Below are positions 9,245 to 20,812 of a DNA stretch of 64,000 nucleotides, piece by piece. The first letter of the stretch is position 1; each line of letters opens with the position of its first letter. A program made the translations under genes and the position numbers. The notes under the pieces are model-generated. The model searched no databases and was not told the origin of the DNA. It saw only the letters and a program-made list of their open reading frames with translations. Location: positions 1 through 64,000 of IMG/VR virus record IMGVR_UViG_3300025121_000035; one strand, written 5' to 3'. The stretch comes from a virus.

Positions 9245-12200
9245 ATGAAAATTACACAAACAAGTCGAGGGACTTTTAAGTTATCTTTACAGCCATCAAA
9301 AGCAGTATCACCAAAATCAATATTAACAGAAAATGAAAATATGTATCTATTTGATCAAGGTTATACAGTAGGATTTAGAAAAGATGGTAAATTATTTAAA
9401 TTTGTTGGATTAAGAAATGGTTATGAAAAACAATTAGAATTAACATTAACATCTATTATATTAGATAATAAAGAATATATTTCTCCAAATATTAAATATT
9501 TTGATAATTTATATGAAATTGATAATGTCATTAATCATAAAATAAATAATATTTCTTTACAAAATAAAATATCTAAAGATAATTTTAAAAATATGGTTAT
9601 TATTAATGAACATTTTAATAATTTGGAAATTGTTTACGAAGTACATATTAAAGGAATGAAAGTTAATAATATAACCCAATTATCTAAATACATACAAAAT
9701 AATAATGGTCAATTTATTATAGGTACTACGTATAATAAAAATGAATTTATAATAGAAACACCAATAGCATATGATTCGAATGGAGTAGAATTACAAATAT
9801 TAGAACATACTTTATATTATGATAAAGGTAAATTATATTATAGAAAGAATATTAAAAATAATAAAACAAATTATAATTATCCTATTTATGTCGATATAAA
9901 TATATCGTTTGAACCATATTCATATGGTATGCAAGAAGTAAATAAAAATATAGTGGGTAGTTCTAGTAATACTTGGAATATAATTGTTGGAGAATCATTA
10001 GGAATAGGAACATATGATACTTTAAAAACAGATAGTGATCCTTGGATGCGTATAGTACATAAAGTAGAAATAATTAGTAATTACTTAGGTTGTAGTAGAT
10101 TATATTATACATTTAATACATCATCTATTTTATCTACATTTGATATTGTAAGTGCTAATCTTATTTGTACTTCATCAACTTATTTATCACCAACTTATAG
10201 TTATTTAAGTTCACTTATTTTACATGAATCATTTCATGAAGATACATTAACTACAACAAATTTTGCTAATAATTGGAATAATATGGATATTAGTTCTACA
10301 AAAAGCCAAATTATAAATCTTACATCAGGTGTTAATACAATTTTATTATCAACAGATATAACAAATATTATAAAAACAAAAGATAAATTTAAATTTTGTC
10401 TTAGAGGATATCAATATGATTTTGGAAAATCTCTACCTTCAATTTCTTATTCTAATTTATTATCAAATGTATCATTAGAAATTGAATTTACAATTCCTAC
10501 TACTAATACCATATCATTTACAATTCCTACAAATTATTATAAAAATGGCACAGGATATATAGGTAAATCTGCTTTGCAATGGTCAGATACACGAACACCA
10601 GAACAAGATATTTTTGGTGATGAAGCAGTAGTTTATAGTAATTTAGAAACTAATTATGTTGGAACTATTAATGGAACAACAGATTTTACAGTATATAGAT
10701 TGTTTTTAAGTTTTGATACAAGTATATTAAAATATTTTAATATAATTGAAGCCGAAATAAATTTTAAAACATTAAATAATTTAGGTGATGTTGGATTAGA
10801 TTCAGAAGAATATGTATATTTAGTAGAAGGAACACAATCAGATAATGTAGAATTAGATTATACAGATTATATTAGTACAGGTTCTACATTAATAAGTACA
10901 ATTAATGTTGGATCACCTTATAATTATACTGCTTCTGATAATAACATAACAAATTATATTAATATAGAAGGTAATACTAAATTTGTTATTATGCATCCAC
11001 AAGATTTTTATTTTAATTCTTTAATTGATCCGGTTGATACACAACCATTTAGAATTAAAAATAGTTATGATCCATCTATAACAGCCAATTTAAATGATCG
11101 TATTACATTAAATGTAACAGCAATTCCTATTATAGTGGTTGGAAGTTCTATTTATACAGTTGAAAATGTACCACCTGCCATATTAACAGCAAATACAGTT
11201 CCTGTACATACTATTGCTTGGTATGAAGATATATCACTAACTAATCCACCAGTTTATATTGGTACATCATATGAAATAGATAAAAAATATTATGATGATG
11301 GTGATATTTTATATGCTATTGCGATAGATGCAAATAGTGGACAAACTTCTATAAATGTATTAACTGTTGCATTATCAATGAAAAAAGTATATGGACAAGA
11401 TTCAATAATTATAGACGATAGTCCAGGTTTATTTCAATTATCAGCTACAACAAATTATACAGAATATCAAATAGCATGGTATACAAATTCTGGATTAACA
11501 TTAGCAAGTAGAATAGGAGTAGGTAATACAATATTATTAAAAAACGATGATTATAATAATCTTGATACAATTTATGCAAATGCAATTAATGAATTTGGTG
11601 TACCTGTTGCAATATCATTAGAAATAATAATATATAAAATAAAAGTTTATGGACCATCAATAATTTATTATAATAAATATACCACTTTTGATTTACATTT
11701 ATTTTCTTCATCCGATGATTTATCATATGATTATTTAATTTTTAGAGATATAGAATTAACAGAATTAATCGGTATTTATAATTTATTTCCAGGTGAAACA
11801 GTAATAACTTTAAAATCAACTTTATTTGATGATAGTGATATAATTTATACTAATTTATTTAAAAGATTTACAGGTACTTATAATCCAAATATTAATAAAC
11901 CATTAGCATCAATATCATTAGAAACTATATTATATGAAACAATTAATAATTATTCTGGAATAACTAGTAGAATTGATTATACTGATGCTACTGATATAGA
12001 TTCAATATATTTTAAATATCACAATTGTTTAAATGGAGTATGTTATACATATATTAGAGATTTAAATAATCCATACGAGGAAACATTATCAGTTAATGAT
12101 GTAGCAAATAATGGTGTTTATAATATGTATAGTGAATTTGATATAATACACGAATTTTATTCTAATTCACATAAAGTTGAAATAGCTCATAATACTAATG

Positions 12201-13966
12201 TAGATTTAACTAAAAAATATAAGGAATTAGAAGTAGAAATATTTCCAGGTACTCGTATTATACTTTTTGGACAAACTGACCAAACTGAAAATGGAGTTTA
12301 TATATTACAAAACAATAAATCATTATTAAAAACAACAGAATTAGATGATATTAATATTTATAGATATAAAGCAAATGTTTTAGCAGGTAGTAATACTAAT
12401 CAAGAAATGCATATAATAGGCATACAAGTTAGTGATATATTTTTACCTACTCATACTTTTACTACAACTATAAGGTATATATCATCACCGACAACTGAAG
12501 GAACACCATTTAAAATAGGTGATTGGGTTGGTGGTACTCAGCATGATACTGTTAGATCAACCGCAGTTTTATCATATGATATTACTGATCAAATAACAGT
12601 AACAAATGAAATTACAACATTTACGGTAATCATTTATGATGCAGATAATACAACACAATTAGCTACAAATGTTATTACGTTTAATGGTGATACTTCAGTA
12701 ACTAGTCAATATATTACATTAACAGTATCTAATTGGACAAATATAGCCGAAGGATATTCTTGTGATGTATCAATATCTATTGCCATTGCTAATATTTTAA
12801 CAGAAGGTGGAAGATTTAATGTTTATATGTCTTGGAACGATAATGCATATACTAATTTAGAATATACACATAAAAATATATTTAGAGATGATGAAACATT
12901 AATATCAACTTTAAATGGGACTTTAACAATGACTACTGGAACAACTATTGTATATAAAACAATTAGTGGTATAGATTTTTATACTGATAATACACAATGG
13001 CAAGTACATTTAGATCAAATTGATAATATTAATAGTAGAACATATCCAATTACCAAACAATTAGGCATTACTAATAATTATTTTTTAATTTCTACAAATA
13101 TATCAGCACATGGTGCTGACAATAATTTTGTTAGTGGTACATTTACTTCTTATCACAATATTACAGGTGTAACATATGATAAATTAAATTGGACAACTGA
13201 TGTATTAAATTCACATAATTGGAGTCATATTAGTGGAAATACTGAAAATACATATGTTACAGCAAATGTATATGATTGGGATGCTATAATACCAGATGAT
13301 TCTATAGATTCTATAAATTATCCATATATAATAGACACATTATCAAATACATCAGATAGAAAAACTGAAACATTTACAAGTGAAACAACAACAGATTATC
13401 CCAGATTAACGAGTAACTTATCTATTAATTGGTCTAATAATGATTCATTAGCAGTAACAGATTATGGAACTGGATTACAATTATTAGTAGGTAGATTAGT
13501 ATATCCTCAAATCGATTTTAGTGTATATAATACAGACTTAGGTGTTCAATATGACTATTCATCATTAAGTGGTGATAAATATTATTATAGGCTATTTAAA
13601 CCATTAAATAATCAATATATATCTAATGGTATAATAATATTATCTGATTATAATATAACTGAAATGGATTTATCTGGAAATACTGTTAAATTTGATATAT
13701 CTGTTGATAGTGGTTCAAGCTGGTATAGTTTAAATTCACAATATGTAGGAGGTAGATTAGAAAACGGTGATGGCTGTAGAATTGATAGTGATTATTATAA
13801 TATTAGTGGTGCTACAAGTGGTGGAACATTTAATAATAATGCATTATCATTTACTTTAGGGTATGCAGGATCAAATAATTATATTCATTTAAGAATTATG
13901 ATTAGTGATACTGTTAAAGATAAATATATAGGAGGTATATTATTTTCAGGTGGTCATTGGGATTAA
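9245..13966 (+). CDS. Large virion structural / tail-associated protein (1573 aa)
   Basis: T/S/N/Y-rich beta-type composition; QTDQTENGVY tail-fibre-like motif; structural gene context. Confidence 0.6.
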   Translation: MKITQTSRGTFKLSLQPSKAVSPKSILTENENMYLFDQGYTVGFRKDGKLFKFVGLRNGYEKQLELTLTSIILDNKEYISPNIKYFDNLYEIDNVINHKINNISLQNKISKDNFKNMVIINEHFNNLEIVYEVHIKGMKVNNITQLSKYIQNNNGQFIIGTTYNKNEFIIETPIAYDSNGVELQILEHTLYYDKGKLYYRKNIKNNKTNYNYPIYVDINISFEPYSYGMQEVNKNIVGSSSNTWNIIVGESLGIGTYDTLKTDSDPWMRIVHKVEIISNYLGCSRLYYTFNTSSILSTFDIVSANLICTSSTYLSPTYSYLSSLILHESFHEDTLTTTNFANNWNNMDISSTKSQIINLTSGVNTILLSTDITNIIKTKDKFKFCLRGYQYDFGKSLPSISYSNLLSNVSLEIEFTIPTTNTISFTIPTNYYKNGTGYIGKSALQWSDTRTPEQDIFGDEAVVYSNLETNYVGTINGTTDFTVYRLFLSFDTSILKYFNIIEAEINFKTLNNLGDVGLDSEEYVYLVEGTQSDNVELDYTDYISTGSTLISTINVGSPYNYTASDNNITNYINIEGNTKFVIMHPQDFYFNSLIDPVDTQPFRIKNSYDPSITANLNDRITLNVTAIPIIVVGSSIYTVENVPPAILTANTVPVHTIAWYEDISLTNPPVYIGTSYEIDKKYYDDGDILYAIAIDANSGQTSINVLTVALSMKKVYGQDSIIIDDSPGLFQLSATTNYTEYQIAWYTNSGLTLASRIGVGNTILLKNDDYNNLDTIYANAINEFGVPVAISLEIIIYKIKVYGPSIIYYNKYTTFDLHLFSSSDDLSYDYLIFRDIELTELIGIYNLFPGETVITLKSTLFDDSDIIYTNLFKRFTGTYNPNINKPLASISLETILYETINNYSGITSRIDYTDATDIDSIYFKYHNCLNGVCYTYIRDLNNPYEETLSVNDVANNGVYNMYSEFDIIHEFYSNSHKVEIAHNTNVDLTKKYKELEVEIFPGTRIILFGQTDQTENGVYILQNNKSLLKTTELDDINIYRYKANVLAGSNTNQEMHIIGIQVSDIFLPTHTFTTTIRYISSPTTEGTPFKIGDWVGGTQHDTVRSTAVLSYDITDQITVTNEITTFTVIIYDADNTTQLATNVITFNGDTSVTSQYITLTVSNWTNIAEGYSCDVSISIAIANILTEGGRFNVYMSWNDNAYTNLEYTHKNIFRDDETLISTLNGTLTMTTGTTIVYKTISGIDFYTDNTQWQVHLDQIDNINSRTYPITKQLGITNNYFLISTNISAHGADNNFVSGTFTSYHNITGVTYDKLNWTTDVLNSHNWSHISGNTENTYVTANVYDWDAIIPDDSIDSINYPYIIDTLSNTSDRKTETFTSETTTDYPRLTSNLSINWSNNDSLAVTDYGTGLQLLVGRLVYPQIDFSVYNTDLGVQYDYSSLSGDKYYYRLFKPLNNQYISNGIIILSDYNITEMDLSGNTVKFDISVDSGSSWYSLNSQYVGGRLENGDGCRIDSDYYNISGATSGGTFNNNALSFTLGYAGSNNYIHLRIMISDTVKDKYIGGILFSGGHWD

Positions 13967-13994
13967 ATTATTATTAATTAATAATTTTCGTATC

Positions 13995-14041
13995 GTGAAT
14001 TACTCATCTACACTAAGTTATGGTTTTCTTTGACGAATCAT
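13995..14041 (-). mobile_element. 47-bp fused left-end/right-end IS200/IS605 miniature
   Basis: TTTAT|ATGATTCGTCAAAGAAAACC...GTAATTCAC; same 5' motif and target pentamer as 60260. Confidence 0.6.
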
Positions 14042-14107
14042 ATAAAAAGATGTAAAATAAATTAATATATAGATTTATAAAATATATTATTAAAATAAAT
14101 TATTAAA

Positions 14108-15418
14108 ATGAGTTTATTACCACAATTTGAATTAAAACAATCATATATAGTTAAAAATAAAATTAATTATGATATAAAACGAGATGGTGATTTTATATAT
14201 GAGGAGTATGGTATATTATTTACAGATTATGATTTAGCTAGAAAAACTCAAATATTTAATACTAATCATTTCAGTGGATTTACGTTATCAAATTATCCAT
14301 TTAATTATACACGATTTGATATAACACAATATGATAAATCGTTTTATATAGATGTTACTAATAAATCTTTTGAATTTGAAGAAATTTACAACATAGGTGA
14401 TATAGTTAATACATATGAATATACAGAAATTAAATTTTTAAATACAGCAACTACAGATATATTTGATATAGATGATTATATAGAAATTAGTTTTTATACT
14501 AAACAAACAGTTAATGGAACAGCCACTTGGGAACATGTTGGAGCAATTGGTGAAACTTGGTTTGTGGATGGATACACAAGTAATTATACTTATTGGTCTG
14601 TTACTGGTTTAACTACTGTATATGGGTCATCAAGTGGTATTACTAATTGGAGTGTAAGTGAAAAAAATCCTATTTTTAAATATAAAGCTATTATAAAAAA
14701 TAAAATTGCACCTATTTTATATGTAGAAAGAAAAATAGAAAATTATTTAATAAATAATATTTCTAAAATAAATAATACATTTCAAGTATATTTTACAGTT
14801 AAAAATTTAAATAAATGTGTATCTACTTATGAAAATTTAGCAACAACAATAGGTAATTCTATATTTGGTGATTATTTAGAATTGACATATATTTATAATA
14901 TAGCACCAAATGAAAATCAAGTAATAGGATTAATAATAAATCCTACTAAGAATAATAATCATTTATATTTCAACTTTGACGATATAACATTTAAATCTTA
15001 TATTGGATTAACAACAACAAATTATAAATTTACAACAAATTATTTATATAATAAATACACATTACAAGAAATGTTAGAACAATATGGATATATTGGATCT
15101 GATAATATTTATTTAACATATACATCAAATGTTACTGCAAGTGCTTATACTGGAACAGAAACATATACATTTGACATAAATAATATTAGTGATGCTGATT
15201 TTTTCACACCATATACTTATATTCATGTATATACAAACGGAGGTTTAAATAATTATAAGTGTCTTTTAATTAATATAACAGGTGTAACATTTACAATAAT
15301 TACATCACCAGATATGGTTAGTGATACAACAGCAGCTACACAAATTAGAAATATAACTGATATTGAAACTATATCTACTATGTTAAATGAATGTTATATT
15401 AATATTGAAGGGGGTTGA
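14108..15418 (+). CDS. Putative virion structural protein
   Basis: Composition and context. Confidence 0.55.
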   Translation: MSLLPQFELKQSYIVKNKINYDIKRDGDFIYEEYGILFTDYDLARKTQIFNTNHFSGFTLSNYPFNYTRFDITQYDKSFYIDVTNKSFEFEEIYNIGDIVNTYEYTEIKFLNTATTDIFDIDDYIEISFYTKQTVNGTATWEHVGAIGETWFVDGYTSNYTYWSVTGLTTVYGSSSGITNWSVSEKNPIFKYKAIIKNKIAPILYVERKIENYLINNISKINNTFQVYFTVKNLNKCVSTYENLATTIGNSIFGDYLELTYIYNIAPNENQVIGLIINPTKNNNHLYFNFDDITFKSYIGLTTTNYKFTTNYLYNKYTLQEMLEQYGYIGSDNIYLTYTSNVTASAYTGTETYTFDINNISDADFFTPYTYIHVYTNGGLNNYKCLLINITGVTFTIITSPDMVSDTTAATQIRNITDIETISTMLNECYINIEGG

Positions 15419-15452
15419 AAATTAAATATATAATAAAAAATTAAATACTTAA

Positions 15453-15836
15453 ATGTACGATAGTGATTACAGAAAATTAAATATTAGTGTTCGTAAAAAA
15501 ATTTATAGAGCATATGCTAATATTATAAATAGTTTAAATATGAATTCAGAATTACGTAATAAAATAACTGGAATATTATATGAAAATAATAATAATAAAT
15601 TTGTATTAAATTTATATAGACCTTTTGATGGACAAGATAACAGGCTTACATATCAGCCGTTAGAAATTACACAAATTGGTAAAAATAGTAAAACTACAAT
15701 ACCATTTAAATTATTAGATATCGATACAGTAAAAGCTTCTACTGAATTTGATTTAATAGATTTTAATATGTATGGTATTTATTTAATTGATAGTAATGTA
15801 ATTGGGAATATAGTATTTGATCCAAATGAAGTTTAA
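15453..15836 (+). CDS. Hypothetical protein in structural module
   Basis: ORF track. Confidence 0.55.
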   Translation: MYDSDYRKLNISVRKKIYRAYANIINSLNMNSELRNKITGILYENNNNKFVLNLYRPFDGQDNRLTYQPLEITQIGKNSKTTIPFKLLDIDTVKASTEFDLIDFNMYGIYLIDSNVIGNIVFDPNEV

Positions 15837-15853
15837 AAAAAATTATAATTAAA

Positions 15854-17509
15854 ATGGCTAAAAGTGTACAAGGTGCTAGAATGATGTTGAAAAGAAGCAC
15901 AACAACAGGTGAAATACCAACAATTCCAACTAATGATGATCATACATTTGGGTGGTTATCAACAGATATATATTTAAGTGAATTATATACAAATATAGTT
16001 GATAATAGAGTATTTACACGAACTAATGTAGGAATAACTGAATTTATTTTAACTGATCCAAATACTGGTCAAATTAATCCAGATTATATAAGTGTACCTA
16101 TTATTAATAATACTGCTTTTGCTTTATTAATGTCAACTGGTGGTACAGAATCTATACACGCTATACCAGAATTAACATATGACACAGGAACTACGACTTT
16201 AACATTAGAAGGAACAGCTAATATTACAACTATAAAAGAGGGTGGAACATTATTAACATCAAAATATTTTAGATTAGCTAATACTAATACATTTACAGGT
16301 AGATTAGATTGGAATACAACAGCATCTAGTGTAATATTATCAATGAGTAATAAAAATATATTAAAAAGACATAATACGGCAGGTGGATTATCAATTAGTT
16401 CTGGTAATGGTTCTGGTTCTAATTTATTAATAGGTACAGGTGATTCTATTATAAAAATGGAAGCTAATATTACATTAAGTAGTGGAGAAGATATTCATAT
16501 TGGTTCAGATGGATCAATATATTTTTATACTAATACAAATTCCACCTGGGCTAGTAGAAAAACTGCAAGTTTTAATACAAGTGGAATATTTGAAGCGCCT
16601 TCATTAATGGAAAATGGTGATTTATTAGTTGATAAATATTTAGGAATTAATGCAACCGCTATTGATTCATTATCATTAAGTGGAGAATCAGCATCTAGTT
16701 GGTTAAGGAGTAACACTAATGATGAATATGGTGGTGAAGAATTATCTTGTCCTAATTTTAATACATCTACATCAAATACTACATTTATAACTATAAACGG
16801 TTCTGATGTATTAGAATATCAAACTTTAGTTTTAACACCCGGAGATAATAGAATATTAACATCTAATTCTACTGGTAGTCAATTAAATGCTGAAGATTCA
16901 TTAACTTATAATGGAACTACATTATCAATGACAAGTGGCGGAGCTACGTGGTCAACAATTATAAAAGGTGCATTTAAAGCACATAGTAATACAAATGGTG
17001 GAAATTTATATTTATCTTCTAATACAATTAGTTCTAAAATACGTTTAAATCCAGGTGGTGATGGATATGATCCTGGAATATCTTATTATATCGGAGCAGA
17101 TCCTGATGTTTTAGGGACAGAAGGATTTAGAATGGCATCTGATGGTACATTTTATACAAGTGGTGGAGTAATACCAGGTGCTGTTCCTTTACCATCAGAT
17201 ATAAGATTAAAAAATATAGAATTTAATTTAACATCTACATTAAATGACTTATTAAAATTAGAAACTATAAAATTTAATTGGAAAGTTAAACAAGATGGAT
17301 CTCATTATGGATTAATAGCACAGGATGTAGAACAATATTTTCCTGATATAGTAATTAAAAAACAATTACCGTTTCATAGTAATGATAATAAAGAATATAA
17401 ATTGATAAATTATACAGAATTTATACCTATTATAGTAAATGCAATGAAAGAACAACAAGTAATGATAAAAGAATTAAAATCTGAAATAGAAATACTAAAA
17501 AATAAATAA
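15854..17509 (+). CDS. Tail fibre/spike with C-terminal intramolecular chaperone (peptidase S74-like)
   Basis: SDIRLKNIE...GLIAQDVEQYFPDIV...INY...IVNAMKE followed by a coiled coil. Confidence 0.85.
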   Translation: MAKSVQGARMMLKRSTTTGEIPTIPTNDDHTFGWLSTDIYLSELYTNIVDNRVFTRTNVGITEFILTDPNTGQINPDYISVPIINNTAFALLMSTGGTESIHAIPELTYDTGTTTLTLEGTANITTIKEGGTLLTSKYFRLANTNTFTGRLDWNTTASSVILSMSNKNILKRHNTAGGLSISSGNGSGSNLLIGTGDSIIKMEANITLSSGEDIHIGSDGSIYFYTNTNSTWASRKTASFNTSGIFEAPSLMENGDLLVDKYLGINATAIDSLSLSGESASSWLRSNTNDEYGGEELSCPNFNTSTSNTTFITINGSDVLEYQTLVLTPGDNRILTSNSTGSQLNAEDSLTYNGTTLSMTSGGATWSTIIKGAFKAHSNTNGGNLYLSSNTISSKIRLNPGGDGYDPGISYYIGADPDVLGTEGFRMASDGTFYTSGGVIPGAVPLPSDIRLKNIEFNLTSTLNDLLKLETIKFNWKVKQDGSHYGLIAQDVEQYFPDIVIKKQLPFHSNDNKEYKLINYTEFIPIIVNAMKEQQVMIKELKSEIEILKNK

Positions 17510-17514
17510 AATTA

Positions 17515-18630
17515 ATGGCTCAATTTCTTAATACTGATTTATATTATGATTTTAATACTACTACATTTATAATGGTAGGTGGTATGAGTATAGATGATGT
17601 AAGAATAAAATATAATTGGTTTCTAAATGCAGAAGTTGTTGATGCTGTTATTGGTGAAGACAAAAATGGATTAGTTTGGTATCAAGGTACTTGGACTTGT
17701 GGTACATGGGAAAATGGAACTTGGTACTCTGGTACTTGGTTAAATGGTAGATGGAAAGCAGGAACATGGTATAGTTGTAATATAGATACTAAAGGTATGT
17801 TAGAAGGAAAATTGCATATTTTAGAAACTAATATTTCTAGTTCAAAATTTTTAGGTGGTACATGGGAAAGTGGAATATTTAATTATGGAATATTTGGAAA
17901 TACTCAACCAACTACAACAATACCATCACAAGTTGATTTAAATTTCATAGTAAATAATAATACTGATTATTATTTGAGTGGAGAATCATATTATTATATA
18001 GAACAATATACAGGAGAAACAGATTATAATGTTTATATTACTACTCCTATATTTAAAAGTGGAACATTTGTTAATGGTTGGATAAATGCTTCTATATTTG
18101 AAAATGGTACATTTCAATCAGGTTTTATAAATAATTCTATTTGGAAAAATGGTACGTTTAATAGTGGTATATTTTTAGGGGATTATTGGTATAATGGTAG
18201 TTTTTATGGTGGTGATTTTTCTAATGGTATATGGCAAACCGGAACATTCACTATTAGTAATAGTAATGTATCTAGATTTGGAACAAATTATAAAAATAAT
18301 GGTGCTACTTGGTTAAATGGTACATTTAATAGTGGAGAATTTTATTCAGGATTAAATACAGGTGGTACATCATTGACATCATTAGATCATAGTTTAGTTA
18401 ATTGGGAAAATGGAACTTTTATTAATGGTAAATGGTATGGTGGTACTTTTAAAAGTGGTACTTGGGAGACAGGTATATTCTATGAAGGTATAATTTTTGA
18501 TATTATATGGAAAAGAGGTAATATTTATAACTGCTTATGGAAAGGAGGCACTTTCTATGATGGAACAATTAAAGGTGGAATTTATGATAATATTAATATC
18601 ATTAATGCCGATTTAGGATATAATAATTAA
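17515..18630 (+). CDS. Pentapeptide (GxW/GxF) repeat beta-helix protein
   Basis: Many GTWxx/GTFxx 5-aa repeats. Confidence 0.75.
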   Translation: MAQFLNTDLYYDFNTTTFIMVGGMSIDDVRIKYNWFLNAEVVDAVIGEDKNGLVWYQGTWTCGTWENGTWYSGTWLNGRWKAGTWYSCNIDTKGMLEGKLHILETNISSSKFLGGTWESGIFNYGIFGNTQPTTTIPSQVDLNFIVNNNTDYYLSGESYYYIEQYTGETDYNVYITTPIFKSGTFVNGWINASIFENGTFQSGFINNSIWKNGTFNSGIFLGDYWYNGSFYGGDFSNGIWQTGTFTISNSNVSRFGTNYKNNGATWLNGTFNSGEFYSGLNTGGTSLTSLDHSLVNWENGTFINGKWYGGTFKSGTWETGIFYEGIIFDIIWKRGNIYNCLWKGGTFYDGTIKGGIYDNINIINADLGYNN

Positions 18631-18632
18631 TT

Positions 18633-19166
18633 ATGAAAAATTTTAAACAATATAACGAAAGTATTAGAGATTTACTTAAAAGTAAATCAGATGAAGAAAT
18701 ATTAAAATCGTTAAAAGGATTATCTGATAATGAAAAAATTTATAATATTATATTGTATCAATTAGATTTTAATTTATTACCAAGAGATAGTGAAGGATAT
18801 TGTATATATTATGGAACATTAGGATCTAAAGATATTCATCATTATTGGGATTTTGATTGGGATAATGCAAAAATATATGAATTACCAGAAAAATTTATAG
18901 TTAAAGGTGGATTAGATTGTGATAATAAAAATTTAACAATTCTTCCAAAATATTTAAGAGTTGAAGGTAATTTAAGTTTATTAAATAATAATATTTATGA
19001 ATTACCTGATAATTTATATGTTGGTGGTCATCTTTTAGTTAGTGAAAATAATTTAACAAAATTACCAAAAGGTTTAATAGTAAAAGGAAATTTAATTGCA
19101 TTCCATAATAAAGTTGAATTAAAATTACCGGATGATGCTATAATAGGTGGTTATGTTAGTTTATGA
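18633..19166 (+). CDS. CTS-motif LRR-like repeat protein
   Basis: MKNFKQYNESIRDLLKSKSDEEI followed by LPxxLxVxGxLxxxxN repeats. Confidence 0.75.
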   Translation: MKNFKQYNESIRDLLKSKSDEEILKSLKGLSDNEKIYNIILYQLDFNLLPRDSEGYCIYYGTLGSKDIHHYWDFDWDNAKIYELPEKFIVKGGLDCDNKNLTILPKYLRVEGNLSLLNNNIYELPDNLYVGGHLLVSENNLTKLPKGLIVKGNLIAFHNKVELKLPDDAIIGGYVSL

Positions 19167-19252
19167 AAAATTTTAAACAATATAACGAAAGTGTTAGAGA
19201 TTTACTTAAAGGTAAAGAAGATGCAGAAATAGGAGGAGTTTTTTATCAATAA
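19163..19252 (+). pseudogene. 29-aa internally deleted CTS-LRR paralog
   Basis: MKNFKQYNESVRDLLKGKEDAEIGGVFYQ: family N-terminus joined to a C-terminus like DAIIGGY of the upstream gene. Confidence 0.65.
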
Positions 19253-19292
19253 AAAATTTTAATATATAGTAAAAAAAACAAATGAACATAAG

Positions 19293-19712
19293 ATGAAACT
19301 TAAAAAATATACAGATTTCCTTGTAACAGAAGCATTAGATATCGAAGAATTAAAATCAAGTCTTAAAGATGATTATATAGAAATTAAAAAAGATTTAATT
19401 GACTTAATAGATGCATCATTAAAAGAAAGTAAAAATGATACTTATAATATGATAGATGTTAATAATTTTATTAATGATTATATTTCAGGTGGAAAAGAAT
19501 CTAAAATGATTGATGATCTTGTTGAAGATAATTCTATATTTAATTTTTATCTTAAAAATCAATCCGATATTGATTATTTATTAAATCAAAGTTTATATAT
19601 GCAAAAACCACCAATAGAAAATGATGTTTATAGTTTATATGATTTTGTGATTGATGGAACTAAACAAGCTATATTAACAATTCTTAAATATATTAAAAAA
19701 GATTTAAAATAA
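19293..19712 (+). CDS. Hypothetical protein with CTS-like N-terminus (MKLKKYTDFLVTE)
   Basis: ORF track; preceded by TTTTAATATATAG. Confidence 0.65.
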   Translation: MKLKKYTDFLVTEALDIEELKSSLKDDYIEIKKDLIDLIDASLKESKNDTYNMIDVNNFINDYISGGKESKMIDDLVEDNSIFNFYLKNQSDIDYLLNQSLYMQKPPIENDVYSLYDFVIDGTKQAILTILKYIKKDLK

Positions 19713-19713
19713 T

Positions 19714-19965
19714 TTAAATTTTGTAAGTACCATAATTTTCATTATTTTTTTCATCACTAATATTAGATATTCTTTCTTTTACGATAGAAGATTCTAATAT
19801 ATCTTCTCTATTTCTTTTTTGTGCAGTATATTCTTTTTTACTAGATAAAATTTTTCTTTTTCTATTAGGTTTAATATATTCTTCGATAACTTTTTCAGTT
19901 TTATCTTTAATCATTTTAGACTCATTTATATCTTGACTATTTTGTGTTTTATTTAGGTTTGGCAT
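19714..19965 (-). CDS. Hypothetical basic/charged protein
   Basis: ORF track; overlaps the end of the gp5-like gene. Confidence 0.45.
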   Translation of the reverse strand: MPNLNKTQNSQDINESKMIKDKTEKVIEEYIKPNRKRKILSSKKEYTAQKRNREDILESSIVKERISNISDEKNNENYGTYKI

Positions 19966-20803
19966 TTTGAATTATTTCTTTTTCGTTTTGTTGTTTATCT
20001 ATAATATTTTGTTTTGTTTCTTTACTTATAACATTAGAATCTTCAATATTAACACTTTCTCCTGTATTATCAACAGTACTTAATATATTAGTATCATCAT
20101 GTTCGACTTCTGTTGTAATAGAATCTCGTTCTAATTTAGTTACACTATCATTATCAACTATATTAACATGTTTAGATTTAAATGTACTAGATATAGATTT
20201 ATATTCAGTTATAAGAGCATCTATTTCTGGTTTTAAAATAGGTGCAGCCATATTACCAACTAACGAAGTTGGAATTAATAATTTATCCATAAATTTATCA
20301 AACCATTTAAAAAAAGAAGTTCCTAATACTGCTTCTTGTGTTGCACCATCAGTTCCTAAATTAAGAACTTGATTATTATCTTTTAATTCTAAATTAATAC
20401 CTTCACTTTTAACCATTATTTTATTAAGTAAAAAATCTAATGTAATTCCTTTATGTGCATCTGCATACATTCTTGTTCTATGATCAAATGTTAATGCTAT
20501 GAAATCAGAATAATCTTCATCTGATAAACTTTCTAACATATCTTGTAAATTTAAATTATATTTATCACTATATACATAACAAGGATGATATATATTTCCA
20601 TCAAAAAATACATTAACCATTTTTCCAGGATTAGGTATACTAAAAGATTTACCGTCTGGTGTTAAATATGGTGTTGCCCAAGGTATATGTTCTGTTGGAA
20701 TATCTTGAAATACATTTTGTACTCTAACTTTAATTCTACCTAATCTTCTAGGATCATTTATATTCTCTACAAATCCCACATATGTTTTACTTATATCAAT
20801 CAT
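19949..20803 (-). CDS. Baseplate spike/hub protein, T4 gp5-like N-terminal OB fold
   Basis: GFVENINDPRRLGRIKVRV...IPWA...PGKMVNVFF. Confidence 0.8.
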   Translation of the reverse strand: MIDISKTYVGFVENINDPRRLGRIKVRVQNVFQDIPTEHIPWATPYLTPDGKSFSIPNPGKMVNVFFDGNIYHPCYVYSDKYNLNLQDMLESLSDEDYSDFIALTFDHRTRMYADAHKGITLDFLLNKIMVKSEGINLELKDNNQVLNLGTDGATQEAVLGTSFFKWFDKFMDKLLIPTSLVGNMAAPILKPEIDALITEYKSISSTFKSKHVNIVDNDSVTKLERDSITTEVEHDDTNILSTVDNTGESVNIEDSNVISKETKQNIIDKQQNEKEIIQNAKPK

Positions 20804-20812
20804 TTAATAGTT

